Shown one piece after another: positions 26,994 to 35,604 of a DNA stretch of 60,045 nt. A model generated the notes under the pieces. That model saw only the letters and a program-made list of their open reading frames with translations, was not told the DNA's origin and searched no databases. The stretch's first letter is position 1. Each line of letters opens with the position of its first letter. Source of the DNA: Candidatus Zambryskiibacteriota bacterium (lineage in GTDB: Bacteria; Patescibacteriota; Minisyncoccia; Phycocordibacterales; DATDWN01); the NCBI GenBank assembly GCA_009694965.1, contig SIBV01000002.1, positions 1 through 60,045 on the forward strand. Direction: 5' to 3'. A program made the position numbers and the translations under genes.

Positions 26994-29900
26994 TTATGTC
27001 ATTTTTTCACTGTTTATTTCTTTCGACCCTCTTTTGATTTGAACATCCAATGCAAGACCTCTCAAATTGTTTAGAAGAACATTAAACGATGCAGGAGTAT
27101 TGAGCTGTGTGATAGGCAAGCCTTTCACAATAGCGTCGAATGCTGCTGATCTACCTACAATGTCATCTGACTTTATTGTCAAAATTTCCTGCAATGTATG
27201 TGCTGCTCCGTGACCAAGTAATGCCCACACTTCCATTTCTCCAAATCTCTGTCCTCCGTTCTGAGCTTTTCCTCCAAGTGGTTGTTGTGTAATTAGAGAG
27301 TATGGCCCAATAGATCTCATGTGAATCTTGTCCTCAACCATGTGGTGAAGTTTCAAGATATACATATAACCAACGGCAATCTCTTGCTCAAATGCCTCTC
27401 CTGATCTTCCGTCAAATAGTTTCATCTTTCCTGTTTCCTTGAATCCTGCCTTCACAAGCTCTTCTTTGATTTCATCTCCAGTTGCACCTGCGAATGGAGG
27501 AACAATTGCTTGGTAGCCAAGAGTGTGTGCTGCAAGACCTAGGTGTAATTCCAAAATCTGTCCAAGGTTCATACGTGATGGCACCCCGAGCGGAGTAAGA
27601 ATCACATCGATAGGTGTTCCGTCTACCATGTATGGCATATCTTCCTCAGGAAGGATTCTTGAAATAACTCCTTTGTTTCCGTGTCGTCCAGCAAGTTTAT
27701 CTCCCACTGAAACGTTTCGAAGTTGCGCTACTTCTATATGAATTCTCTTGATAATTCCTGAATCAAGTTTGTCCCCCTTTTCTCTTGAGAATATTTGAAC
27801 TTTAATAACTCTTCCTCTTTTTCCTCCTTCCATTCTCTTTGATGTATCTTTTACATCGTGAGCCTTTTCACCGAATAGTGATCGAAGGAGTCTTTCTTCT
27901 GGAGTAAGTTGTGTCTCACCCTTTGGAGTAATTTTTCCAACTAGGATGTCTCCTGGTCGAACTTCTGCTCCAACTTGAACAATACCGTCTTCTGCAAGGT
28001 TCTTTAGTTTACTTTCTCCAACATTAGGAATGTCGCAGGTAGTAACTTCTGGACCAAGTTTTGTGTCTCGGACATTCACAACGAATTCTTCAATATGAAT
28101 AGACGTGAATTTGCTATCCTTTACCACTTTTTCTGAAATAATAATAGCGTCTTCATAGTTAGATCCACTCCATGACATAAAAGCCACGAGCATATTTTGG
28201 CCGATTGCAGATTGTCCGTTTTCTGATGCTGATGTGTCTGCTAGTAGGTCACCCTTCTTTACTTTGTCTCCTACGTTTACTGCTGGTCTTTGGTGGAAGG
28301 CTGTGAATCCGTTTGTTCGAGAAAATCTTACTAGTTTGTGCTCCTTTTCTTTACCCTTACTATTTTTAACTGTCACTTTTAATCCATCAGCGTGCATAAC
28401 CACTCCATCTTCTAGAGCAATCACGAGTCTTCCTGTGTCTTTCAACGCATCTTTCTCCATTCCTGTTGCTACCAAAGGTGCTTCTGGCACAATACAAGGT
28501 GTAGCTTGCTTCTGCATGTTCGATGCCATCAAAGCTCGGTCAGCTTTGTCGTGGTTTAGAAATGGAATCATAGATGTCGCAATAGAAAATGCCTGAAATG
28601 TTGCCACATCCATATAATCCACCTTATCTTTTGAAATTGTGTGAGGCTCTCCCTCGATTCTAACCTCCACATCGTCAACTAATATTTTTCCGTCGCTATC
28701 CACTGAAGTAGCAGCGTGAGCAATAGCAAATCCTTCTTCCTCAGATGCATTCATATACTGTATCTCAGAAGTGACCTTACCATTTTTTACTTTTACATAA
28801 GGAGTCTCAATCATTCCGAAACTATTAATTCTTGCATAAATGGCAAGTCGAAGAACCAATCCGATGTTCGGACCTTCTGGTGTGTGGATTGGACAAAGTC
28901 GTCCATAATGAGAAGTGTGAACGTCTCGAACTTCGAATCCTGCTCGAGTTCTGTTCAAACCTCCTGGTCCAAGAGCTGAAACAGTTCGAAGGTGTTCCAT
29001 CTCGTTCAATGGATTGAATTGCTCCATGAAGTGTGAGAGTTGGTTTGTAGTAAAAAACTCTTTGATTCTCGCCTGTAATGGCTTTGGAGAAATAAATTGC
29101 ACGGGGAGAGTTACATCTGTATCGATGGTCGACATTCTGTTTTGAATGTTTCTTTTTATCTGCGCCATACCTGTTCGAATTTTTTGTTGAAACAATTCTC
29201 CGACAAATCGAACTCGTCTTGTTCCCAAGTGGTCGATGTCATCCTCAACTGCATGTGGTGTGTTGTTTAGTAATGCAATGTTTGAAATTATTGAAACAAC
29301 ATCTTCTATTGATATAGTCTTTCGTTTTAGTTCCTTCTCTGTCATCGGCTTTCCGAATCTCTTGTTGAACATATGTCGTCCAACTGGTGAAAGGTCGTAT
29401 CGCTCTCCGTCAAAAATAGAGTTAACGAACTCTTTTGCGTTGTCTGCTGTAGCCAAGTCACCGTCACGGAGCCTCTTGTGGATGTCTATATATGCCTCTT
29501 CTACAGTCTTATCTTTATCCTTTAGTAGAGTCTTTTCAATTGCTTGGCTCGCAAATTCATCACCTACAAATAATTTCTTAATAGAAGCATCATCCTTGGC
29601 ACCCAAAACTCGGAGAAGGGTTGTTCCTGGAAACTTTCGCTTTCTATCTATACGCACGTAGATCATTCCTTCTGCATCTGACTCAATTTCTACCCATGCT
29701 CCTCGAGATGGTATGATTTTTGCACCGAATAGTTTTCGTCCTTTAACTTCTGAAGCTGTAAAGAATATTCCGTATGACCTAGCTAGCTGAGGTACGATCA
29801 CTCTCTCAATTCCTGAAATAATAAATGTTCCATGAGAGGTCATAAGAGGGAAATCCGCCATGAAAATTTCTTGCTCTTTTTCTGTGCCTAAAATGTGGTT

Positions 29901-30200
29901 CTTTAGCCTTACCTTAACTTTAAGAGGGGCTTCGTAGGAGAGTTTATTGTCCTTTGCATAGTATTCATCATGTTTTGGTTGTGACAACTCAAAACCAGTG
30001 AAATCAAGAGTAAACTTCTTTTCAGAGAAATCTTTTATTGAAGAAAACTCATCAAATACTTCTTTCAAACCCTTTTCGGTAAGTTCTTTGAAAGAGTTGA
30101 GTTGTGGCTCAACGAAGTTTGGTGTCGCTTGCAACGGCTTTTTGAAACGACTGAAAAACTTCTGCGGACGTGCTGTTGTAGCAGTAGATAAATTTTGCAT
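26994..30200 (-). CDS. rpoB: DNA-directed RNA polymerase subunit beta
   Basis: 1068 aa with GRHGNKGV, SRMNLGQ and FGEMEVWAL motifs. Confidence 0.97.
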   Translation of the reverse strand: MQNLSTATTARPQKFFSRFKKPLQATPNFVEPQLNSFKELTEKGLKEVFDEFSSIKDFSEKKFTLDFTGFELSQPKHDEYYAKDNKLSYEAPLKVKVRLKNHILGTEKEQEIFMADFPLMTSHGTFIISGIERVIVPQLARSYGIFFTASEVKGRKLFGAKIIPSRGAWVEIESDAEGMIYVRIDRKRKFPGTTLLRVLGAKDDASIKKLFVGDEFASQAIEKTLLKDKDKTVEEAYIDIHKRLRDGDLATADNAKEFVNSIFDGERYDLSPVGRHMFNKRFGKPMTEKELKRKTISIEDVVSIISNIALLNNTPHAVEDDIDHLGTRRVRFVGELFQQKIRTGMAQIKRNIQNRMSTIDTDVTLPVQFISPKPLQARIKEFFTTNQLSHFMEQFNPLNEMEHLRTVSALGPGGLNRTRAGFEVRDVHTSHYGRLCPIHTPEGPNIGLVLRLAIYARINSFGMIETPYVKVKNGKVTSEIQYMNASEEEGFAIAHAATSVDSDGKILVDDVEVRIEGEPHTISKDKVDYMDVATFQAFSIATSMIPFLNHDKADRALMASNMQKQATPCIVPEAPLVATGMEKDALKDTGRLVIALEDGVVMHADGLKVTVKNSKGKEKEHKLVRFSRTNGFTAFHQRPAVNVGDKVKKGDLLADTSASENGQSAIGQNMLVAFMSWSGSNYEDAIIISEKVVKDSKFTSIHIEEFVVNVRDTKLGPEVTTCDIPNVGESKLKNLAEDGIVQVGAEVRPGDILVGKITPKGETQLTPEERLLRSLFGEKAHDVKDTSKRMEGGKRGRVIKVQIFSREKGDKLDSGIIKRIHIEVAQLRNVSVGDKLAGRHGNKGVISRILPEEDMPYMVDGTPIDVILTPLGVPSRMNLGQILELHLGLAAHTLGYQAIVPPFAGATGDEIKEELVKAGFKETGKMKLFDGRSGEAFEQEIAVGYMYILKLHHMVEDKIHMRSIGPYSLITQQPLGGKAQNGGQRFGEMEVWALLGHGAAHTLQEILTIKSDDIVGRSAAFDAIVKGLPITQLNTPASFNVLLNNLRGLALDVQIKRGSKEINSEKMT

Positions 30201-30261
30201 ATATAATTTTGTACTTTTTTATTAAATAAAACTATCCTCATACTAAAACCTAAAAAACAAT

Positions 30262-30372
30262 AAAATTAGTTCAGATGCTAGGCGCAGAAGATTTTGTGAG
30301 CGAGCCTTATTCGATATAAGGTGAGCGAACAAAATTGAACTGCAACAACGCAGATGAATTGATTTTGTTGTT
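30262..30372 (+). repeat. family-1 structured element, copy f
   Basis: AGTTCAGATGCTAGGCGCAGAAGATTTTGTGAGCGAG-CCTTAT-TCGAT-ATAAGG-TGAGCGAACAAAATTGAACTGCAACAACGCAGATGAA. Confidence 0.75.
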
Positions 30373-30693
30373 TTTTAAAATAACAGACGAAAATAAGACC
30401 CTTTCCCCAAAGAGCCTCTATTTTCTGTTAGTTTTTATTAGCGATTGAAATGCAAAATAGTTCGAGAAACTATTAACCTAATGTTGCCTTCGCATTTGCC
30501 AAAACACAATCGTATGAAGTCAAGTAAGAGTATACTGGAAATAGGTATATCTTGTCAACAACTAAGTCAATGGAGTTATCCACATACTGTTCACGGTCAA
30601 TTTGACTTGAGTTACGCCATCCTAGGGTCTTTTTAATTGACTTAGTTGCTTGCTCATAATATCGTTATATATGGAAAGAATGGAGACCAATTC

Positions 30694-30918
30694 GTGCCAA
30701 TGACATCCGACAACCAATTTCTCTCAGGGATTTCAATTCGAGAGAACACCAACTCCATCCATCCGCGGTGGCGTTTCCTCGGAAGGGGCAAACTGACTGC
30801 TTCAAGCGGCGAAGTAAAATTCGTCCGTAGTTACGGAGAGACGGAGCGCGAAGCCTTGAAACTTCTGGCATGCCCAGACAACATGTCGCGACTGACTCCC
30901 GAAGAAGAAGTTAAGTAA
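30694..30918 (+). CDS. hypothetical 74-aa protein, GC-rich island D
   Basis: GGAGA SD 7 nt before the in-frame GTG at 30694. Terminator follows at 30984-31012. No family recognised. Confidence 0.45.
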   Translation: MPMTSDNQFLSGISIRENTNSIHPRWRFLGRGKLTASSGEVKFVRSYGETEREALKLLACPDNMSRLTPEEEVK

Positions 30919-30983
30919 TTCACCTGCTAAGTTTTCTGTCATTGAGAAAACCCATTCGAGTGGACTTCGACCACCCGCTCTAA

Positions 30984-31012
30984 AGCCCAAGGCTAATCCC
31001 TTGGGCTCTTTC
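30984..31012 (+). terminator. rho-independent terminator of island D
   Basis: agcccaagg ctaatc ccttgggct followed by ctttc. Confidence 0.55.
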
Positions 31013-31079
31013 ATATCTATTTACTTCCAAGTTCCAATATTCTTTTAAAATAAATCTGTATAATTTTACTCATTCTATT

Positions 31080-31703
31080 TTATATTACCTCAAACACATC
31101 TTTGGCTAGAGCTAAAAATTGGTCGCGTGTTTCAGGATTTTTGTCATAATGCATTGTAATAATCTTTCCAATTTTCCTGAATTTCTTCGCAAAATCAAAC
31201 GCCTCGTTAGGACCAAACGTATAAAATCCTCCAACAGGTAACAATAGATAATCTACCTCCAAGTCAGTTATGCCTATACCAGAAGCATAAAACATATCAC
31301 CAGCAAAATAAATAGTTTTTCCATCAACATTAAATAGAAAACCAAAATTCTCTGCTATTGGCGCAGAAATATTTGGCCCGTGGTCCACGTTAAAGGTTTT
31401 CACTGTGAAGTTAGTAGACAAGAATATGTCATTGTCAGATTCAATCTGAACTATTTTAAGCGCTGAATCATCCTCTCCCTCTACTTCGATACATTCTTTA
31501 TTTAAATAAACTATTTGAGGACTTAGTTTCTTAATATTTTCCATATGAAAGTGGTCTCCGTGAATATGCGAGACAAGGATCGCATCGACCTTGATGCCTT
31601 CTAGTTTTTCGGTTGGTGTTTTGTTTCCTATGTCAAAAGCAAGTCTAAACCCACTCTCTGTTTCTAATATAAACCCTGATTGTTCAAATTTTGTTAGTTT
31701 CAT
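31080..31703 (-). CDS. MBL-fold metallo-hydrolase
   Basis: VSHIHGDHF (HxHxDH) motif, 207 aa. Confidence 0.85.
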   Translation of the reverse strand: MKLTKFEQSGFILETESGFRLAFDIGNKTPTEKLEGIKVDAILVSHIHGDHFHMENIKKLSPQIVYLNKECIEVEGEDDSALKIVQIESDNDIFLSTNFTVKTFNVDHGPNISAPIAENFGFLFNVDGKTIYFAGDMFYASGIGITDLEVDYLLLPVGGFYTFGPNEAFDFAKKFRKIGKIITMHYDKNPETRDQFLALAKDVFEVI

Positions 31704-31705
31704 AA

Positions 31706-32320
31706 TTATTTTAAAAGATTAGATAAAACTGGATATACGCGGGACTCTATTATTTCATAACCTGCGTCATTTGGGTGGATTGTATCAGACATATATTTAT
31801 TATTTGCGAATAAACCGTCTAAAACATTCGGAACAAATGCTGTATTGTATTTCTCACTCAATTCTTCAAATCTTGAATCAAATTTATCATTAAACAATCC
31901 TCCCCGAATACCCAGAAGTAAAACTATAGCCCCTCTACTTTGAATATTTTTTATAATTTTTTCTAGATTACTAAATGTTTCATTAATAGAGACCTTATTT
32001 AGATAATCATTACCTCCCAGAAGAAGAATTACTACTTTGGGATTATATTTGTCCAAGTCCTCTATTCGAGCCAGTCCATCTTGGGTTGTATTGCCCGATA
32101 CTCCAAGATTTATTATTGGTTTTCCAATCTTCTTGGACAAAAGCGAAATAAAATCATTATCCGTTGAGGCGCCATCACCAACAATAAGACTATCCCCAAA
32201 AGCTATTAAATCAACGCCGAGAGACGAGGCATTTTTTATATCTTTATCACCCCCAAAGAAGGAAATTAAAACCAAAACTAGTAGAGCTCCCACAACAGGA
32301 TATGAAATCTTTTTATTCAT
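31706..32320 (-). CDS. SGNH/GDSL-family hydrolase with N-terminal TM or signal segment
   Basis: FGDSL, GGNDY and DTIHPN blocks. Start moved to ATG 32320 (MNKKISYPVVG). Confidence 0.8.
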   Translation of the reverse strand: MNKKISYPVVGALLVLVLISFFGGDKDIKNASSLGVDLIAFGDSLIVGDGASTDNDFISLLSKKIGKPIINLGVSGNTTQDGLARIEDLDKYNPKVVILLLGGNDYLNKVSINETFSNLEKIIKNIQSRGAIVLLLGIRGGLFNDKFDSRFEELSEKYNTAFVPNVLDGLFANNKYMSDTIHPNDAGYEIIESRVYPVLSNLLK

Positions 32321-32406
32321 ATCACTATCATAACATTTTTGAACTTTCGTAAGTTTACCCCCCCCGTCTAACTTTATAATTTGAGACAAGGTCGCGTATA
32401 AAATCT

Positions 32407-32482
32407 GAAGTTGAATCCGAGCCTGCCTGAGTGTGCAGGTGAGGAAAAACTTTGGATTTTAGACGATGAGATTGGCCAAATT
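32407..32482 (+). repeat. family-1 structured element, copy h (short)
   Basis: AAGTTGAATCCGAG-CCTGC-CTGAGTG-TGCAGG-TGAGG...GACGATGAGATTGGCCAAAT. Confidence 0.65.
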
Positions 32483-32492
32483 TGAAAGTTAA

Positions 32493-33074
32493 CTAATATT
32501 TTCGGATTACTCCGCGAACTATTGCAGCAATCTTCAAATCATACGCGGGATAAAGCGGTGCATAGTTTTTGTTCGCAGGTCTGAGATATATCAGAGCTCC
32601 TTTTTTCTTGAAATACTTCATCGTCCAACCACCATCTATCTCTGCTATCACAATGTCTCCGTCCTTTGGATCACCTCTTATCTCAACTAGAACTAAATCG
32701 CCTTCGTGAATCCCCTCATCTATCATAGAGTCTCCTTTTACCTCAAGTAAGTACTGAGAACTTTTCCTGTCACCTGTCAGATACTCGTCGATACTAAGTG
32801 ACTCTGAGTTGTCCTGGTCAACCTGTGTCGGTATTCCCGCCTCTACAAGTCCCAAGAGTGGAACCTGGCCGAATATTTTCATAGGAGTAAGTTTGCCGTT
32901 CGAATCCTTGTCTACTATTCCATCGTCAACAAGTTTGTTAATAAGTTTATAAACAGCATTTTTGGATTTGAATCCAACTAATGCCATAATTTCTTTGTAA
33001 CCAGGCATGCGTCTGTTCTTCCGATAGAAGTTTAGAATCTTATCTCGATAGTTTGAATATTTTTCTCCTTCCAT
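32493..33074 (-). CDS. lexA: LexA-like repressor (winged HTH + S24 peptidase)
   Basis: N-terminal PGYKEIMALVGFKSKNAVYKLINKL. C-terminal VKGDSMIDEGIHEGDLVLV ... MKYF (Ser/Lys dyad context). Confidence 0.85.
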   Translation of the reverse strand: MEGEKYSNYRDKILNFYRKNRRMPGYKEIMALVGFKSKNAVYKLINKLVDDGIVDKDSNGKLTPMKIFGQVPLLGLVEAGIPTQVDQDNSESLSIDEYLTGDRKSSQYLLEVKGDSMIDEGIHEGDLVLVEIRGDPKDGDIVIAEIDGGWTMKYFKKKGALIYLRPANKNYAPLYPAYDLKIAAIVRGVIRKY

Positions 33075-33104
33075 ATATGTTTGAGAAATTCTTAATTTGA
33101 GTAA

Positions 33105-33194
33105 AGTTCGAGGCGGATGATGAATTTAATTCGAGTCGTACACCTAGTACGGTGAGGATTAAATTTTGAAATCCAACAAAGAAATTTGCCAAAT
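33105..33194 (+). repeat. family-1 structured element, copy d
   Basis: AGTTCGAGGCGGATGATGAATTTAATTCGAG-TCGTAC-ACCTA-GTACGG-TGAGGATTAAATTTTGAAATCCAACAAAGAAATTTGCCAAAT. Confidence 0.8.
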
Positions 33195-33207
33195 TTAGAA
33201 TTTCTAA

Positions 33208-33414
33208 TTAGATAATGCTAAATGTGCTAATAGACCTACCAAACCATCCTGACCCAGTTTGTTCTCTACGAATGTCCGATAAATTATTTAGAATAAACTT
33301 GTGTCTTCTCGCTTCCTTTGCATATGACAAACCTTTTATTATTTTCTGATCTATCACATCATTCAAAACTTCCAACTCATTCTTCAATGCTCTTTCAAAA
33401 TTTTGTTTACTCAT
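33208..33414 (-). CDS. hypothetical 68-aa protein
   Basis: AT-rich backbone-like ORF bracketed by family-1 copies d and e. No family recognised. Confidence 0.45.
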   Translation of the reverse strand: MSKQNFERALKNELEVLNDVIDQKIIKGLSYAKEARRHKFILNNLSDIRREQTGSGWFGRSISTFSII

Positions 33415-33479
33415 TGTGTGTGTAATTTAAAGTAATAATATTAATCGGATGGAACACAAGAAATTGCAGAGATGAGTGC

Positions 33480-33568
33480 AGTTCGAGGCAGAATGTAAAA
33501 AAGAATTCGAGTCGTACACCTAGTACGGTGAGGATTATTTTTTATATTCTAACGATGAAATGTGCCAT
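33480..33568 (+). repeat. family-1 structured element, copy e
   Basis: AGTTCGAGGCAGAATGTAAAAAAGAATTCGAG-TCGTAC-ACCTA-GTACGG-TGAGGATTATTTTTTATATTCTAACGATGAAATGTGCCAT. Confidence 0.8.
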
Positions 33569-33581
33569 CTATCCAATTTCG

Positions 33582-33614
33582 TATAATATAAGTATAGGTG
33601 AACTCAAGTTCACC
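33582..33614 (+). promoter_or_regulatory. TATAAT -10 hexamer followed by a GAAC-N4-GTTC palindrome (Cheo-type SOS-box core)
   Basis: TATAAT at 33582-33587. ggtGAACtcaaGTTCacc at 33597-33614 is a perfect 7+7 inverted repeat, ~70 nt upstream of the island E first gene and ~520 nt from lexA. Confidence 0.45.
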
Positions 33615-33685
33615 GTCAATCACTTTGTACCGGAAGGTTGTGGATAACTCAAAATTCTGCTAAGTTTTGAGATGGAGGAACGCAT

Positions 33686-33916
33686 TTGGAAATAAGAGAC
33701 CGACATCCCGTAAAGATCACTGCTGATCAGGCTCGACTACTGGCGGGTAGTAACTTGATTACCTGGATTGTGCCTGACAACGTAGTCATCAGTGCGCAGG
33801 ATTTCATTCGGTGGTCCTGCGAAGAGACAGGCCAAAACGGGACCGCTAAGGTTTCGTCAATCAGAATGAGTGGTGGTTGTAGACCAGTGGCTGTACTTTT
33901 CCAGCACACTCCATAA
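33686..33916 (+). CDS. hypothetical 76-aa protein, GC-rich island E gene 1
   Basis: GGAGGA SD 6 nt before the TTG start at 33686. Strong terminator follows immediately. Confidence 0.55.
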   Translation: MEIRDRHPVKITADQARLLAGSNLITWIVPDNVVISAQDFIRWSCEETGQNGTAKVSSIRMSGGCRPVAVLFQHTP

Positions 33917-33917
33917 G

Positions 33918-33960
33918 AAAACGCCCGCCGTACACAACCCGTGTGACAGGCGGGTTTTGT
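33918..33960 (+). terminator. rho-independent terminator
   Basis: aaaacgcccgcc ... ggcgggtttt + gtgttt. Confidence 0.65.
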
Positions 33961-34037
33961 GTTTATAAAAAACTTTTTTTCATTTATTGACAATATTTAG
34001 TAAATATGCCACTATTGTAAATGGAGGATCTCGACAC

Positions 34038-34238
34038 ATGCCACAGCACTCAAACCCCAACCGCAAGGTTCATGGGGATGTGAAAGGCATCATTGTTCAC
34101 AGCCACGAGGCGAAGAACAAAGATGTGCGCCGACCCGCTTTCAGTCAGCCCAATGGAGGGAACTGGACTCTGCCCCGACGAGGAGCATGGAGTCCTGAAC
34201 TCCACGAGCAGACTGAGAAACAAGTCTCGAAGTACTAA
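34038..34238 (+). CDS. hypothetical 66-aa basic protein, GC-rich island E gene 2
   Basis: GGAGGA SD 9 nt before ATG 34038. TTGACA at 33987-33992 (the ORF-track TTG start is this -35 box). Confidence 0.5.
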   Translation: MPQHSNPNRKVHGDVKGIIVHSHEAKNKDVRRPAFSQPNGGNWTLPRRGAWSPELHEQTEKQVSKY

Positions 34239-34281
34239 AACAGTTCCCGCAACAACAATCCGCCAGTCCCCCGCAACACAA

Positions 34282-34309
34282 AGGCCATCACTCTCGAGAG
34301 TGGTGGCCT
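34282..34309 (+). terminator. hairpin terminator after island E gene 2
   Basis: aggccatcactctc gag agtggtggcct then ccttccttttc. Confidence 0.5.
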
Positions 34310-34347
34310 CCTTCCTTTTCAATCAATAAGCTGACATCGCACCAGCA

Positions 34348-34375
34348 AAATGGCCGCTCAAGAGAGCGGCCATTT
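34348..34375. terminator. bidirectional hairpin terminator
   Basis: aaatggccgctc aaga gagcggccattt with T-runs in both directions, between convergent units. Confidence 0.65.
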
Positions 34376-34378
34376 CTT

Positions 34379-34552
34379 TTATTTTTCTTTTCGAACTCCC
34401 TTAAATTTTTCCTGGTCGTCTTTCACATCTATAAACTGTCCGTCCTCAGTATTTCTTTTAACATGTCGTTTGGTTTTCGGGTTTAACACTTGAGAACGAT
34501 TTTTCACTTGCCCTTTTCTTGCGTCATCACCCTCTTGTTTATTTTTCGCCAT
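34379..34552 (-). CDS. small Lys-rich hydrophilic protein (57 aa)
   Basis: MAKNKQEGDDARKG... from ATG 34552. No family recognised. Confidence 0.4.
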   Translation of the reverse strand: MAKNKQEGDDARKGQVKNRSQVLNPKTKRHVKRNTEDGQFIDVKDDQEKFKGVRKEK

Positions 34553-35033
34553 GATTTTTTGTCTGGCTAGAATCAAACTGTAAACTCAGAATGCAACTGC
34601 TCAAAATCTGGTCTGCTATTTTTGGATGATGCTTAAAGTCTGGATCACTTCCAAAATTCTTTACATCCTTGGCATCTAGGTAAATGAGAACTCTCGGTAT
34701 CGCTGGATCGGTTGGCTTCATTTCATCCAAACGCACAAAAGGCCTTGCTCGCATTTCGTTTAACTTTTTCTCTCTAACATCTCTGAACGATGTCGTCGTA
34801 ATCTGAACACCCATCGCCGGTCGTCCCTCATAGTATGTAACAGCGTCGATAGTTTGCTTTGGACCAATATCTCTAGTTCCACTATCTTCCGATGCCGTGG
34901 ATAGTCGTGTATCAAAACCGATTGCATTGAAAAAATCCACAGTCAAATCTTCCGCCGGAAATCCCTGCCCCGCGAGATTATTTTCTCGCACACTATCCAA
35001 GTTATGAATATATTCTCCTTCAGGACTTCCCAT
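34539..35033 (-). CDS. hypothetical protein (164 aa)
   Basis: Start placed at ATG 35033 (MGSPEGEY), preceded by TATACT-N7. No SD, intermediate GC. No family recognised. Confidence 0.5.
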   Translation of the reverse strand: MGSPEGEYIHNLDSVRENNLAGQGFPAEDLTVDFFNAIGFDTRLSTASEDSGTRDIGPKQTIDAVTYYEGRPAMGVQITTTSFRDVREKKLNEMRARPFVRLDEMKPTDPAIPRVLIYLDAKDVKNFGSDPDFKHHPKIADQILSSCILSLQFDSSQTKNHGEK

Positions 35034-35115
35034 GTAAATAAGTATACTACTTTGTATTTTTTTACAAAAGAAAAAGCCTGAATAGAGTACCGACACAAAA
35101 TGTGTGGTGACCTAA

Positions 35116-35496
35116 TCAAGCCTTCTTGGGTTGTGGGGTAACGAGATCGAGATAATGAGCCATGATTTCCATAAGTCCCGTGAAGTCACGCCCGTTCGTC
35201 TGTTGAACGCAATACTGGTACTGTTCTGAATTTCTCCCAACAATAGTTGATATGCACGCTGCTTTGAGTGCGTGGTTATACCTCTTCATCTTCATAACCA
35301 AGACAGTGGATTTCAACAGACCGTTAGTGACGATAAGCTGAGGCCTACCGCGAATTACAAGTCTCTCAACGTCTTCATTATTGTTTGCAAAAATCCAGTC
35401 CTCACCTTTCTTGTACTTGGTTCCTAACAACGTCTCGCACACGAGATTCTTTGTCTGTCTTGCAGTGAATACAATCACGCGAATCGCTTTCGGCAC
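35116..35496 (-). CDS. receiver-like (CheY-fold) protein lacking the phospho-acceptor Asp, paralog 2, GC-rich island F
   Basis: GGAGGG SD 4 nt before the GTG at 35496. IRVIVFTA...PQLIVTNGLL aligns with paralog 1 (VRVILFTT...FQLLVTGLIF). Confidence 0.6.
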   Translation of the reverse strand: MPKAIRVIVFTARQTKNLVCETLLGTKYKKGEDWIFANNNEDVERLVIRGRPQLIVTNGLLKSTVLVMKMKRYNHALKAACISTIVGRNSEQYQYCVQQTNGRDFTGLMEIMAHYLDLVTPQPKKA

Positions 35497-35512
35497 AAAA
35501 CCCTCCAGTAGT

Positions 35513-35541
35513 TTTATATATTTAAAAAGAAACAAAGTCAA
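35513..35541 (-). promoter_or_regulatory. sigma70-type promoter TTGACT-N17-TATAAA
   Basis: Minus strand: TTGACT (35536-35541), 17-nt spacer, TATAAA (35513-35518), immediately after the upstream terminator. Confidence 0.55.
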
Positions 35542-35554
35542 ATTTTTAAAATAA

Positions 35555-35583
35555 CCGTCCGCGCCTGACTTCGGCGCGGACGG
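35555..35583 (-). terminator. rho-independent terminator of paralog 1
   Basis: ccgtccgcgcc gaagtca ggcgcggacgg followed by ttatttt on the minus strand. It lies inside the over-long ORF-track call 35116-35592. Confidence 0.7.
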
Positions 35584-35604
35584 ATTACCCAACCTCGCAC
35601 AAAA

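Noticed and set aside
23282-30225. Many 60-170-aa plus-strand ORFs inside rpoC and rpoB. The same occurs antisense inside dnaE (51890-53939), smc, gyrB, rnr, hisS and uppP.
   Set aside because: These are shadow ORFs antisense to long, highly conserved genes. They have low-complexity Ser/Phe/Ile-rich translations and no expression signals.
30576-33647. Two perfect DnaA-box 9-mers (ttatccaca at 30576-30584, tgtggataa at 33639-33647), degenerate boxes at ~4211-4250, and gyrB at the window edge. Is this a possible oriC?
   Set aside because: The boxes are isolated and 3 kb apart, not clustered. No AT-rich unwinding element with 13-mer repeats was seen, and no dnaA or dnaN is in the window. I treat them as possible regulatory sites or chance matches, not as an origin.
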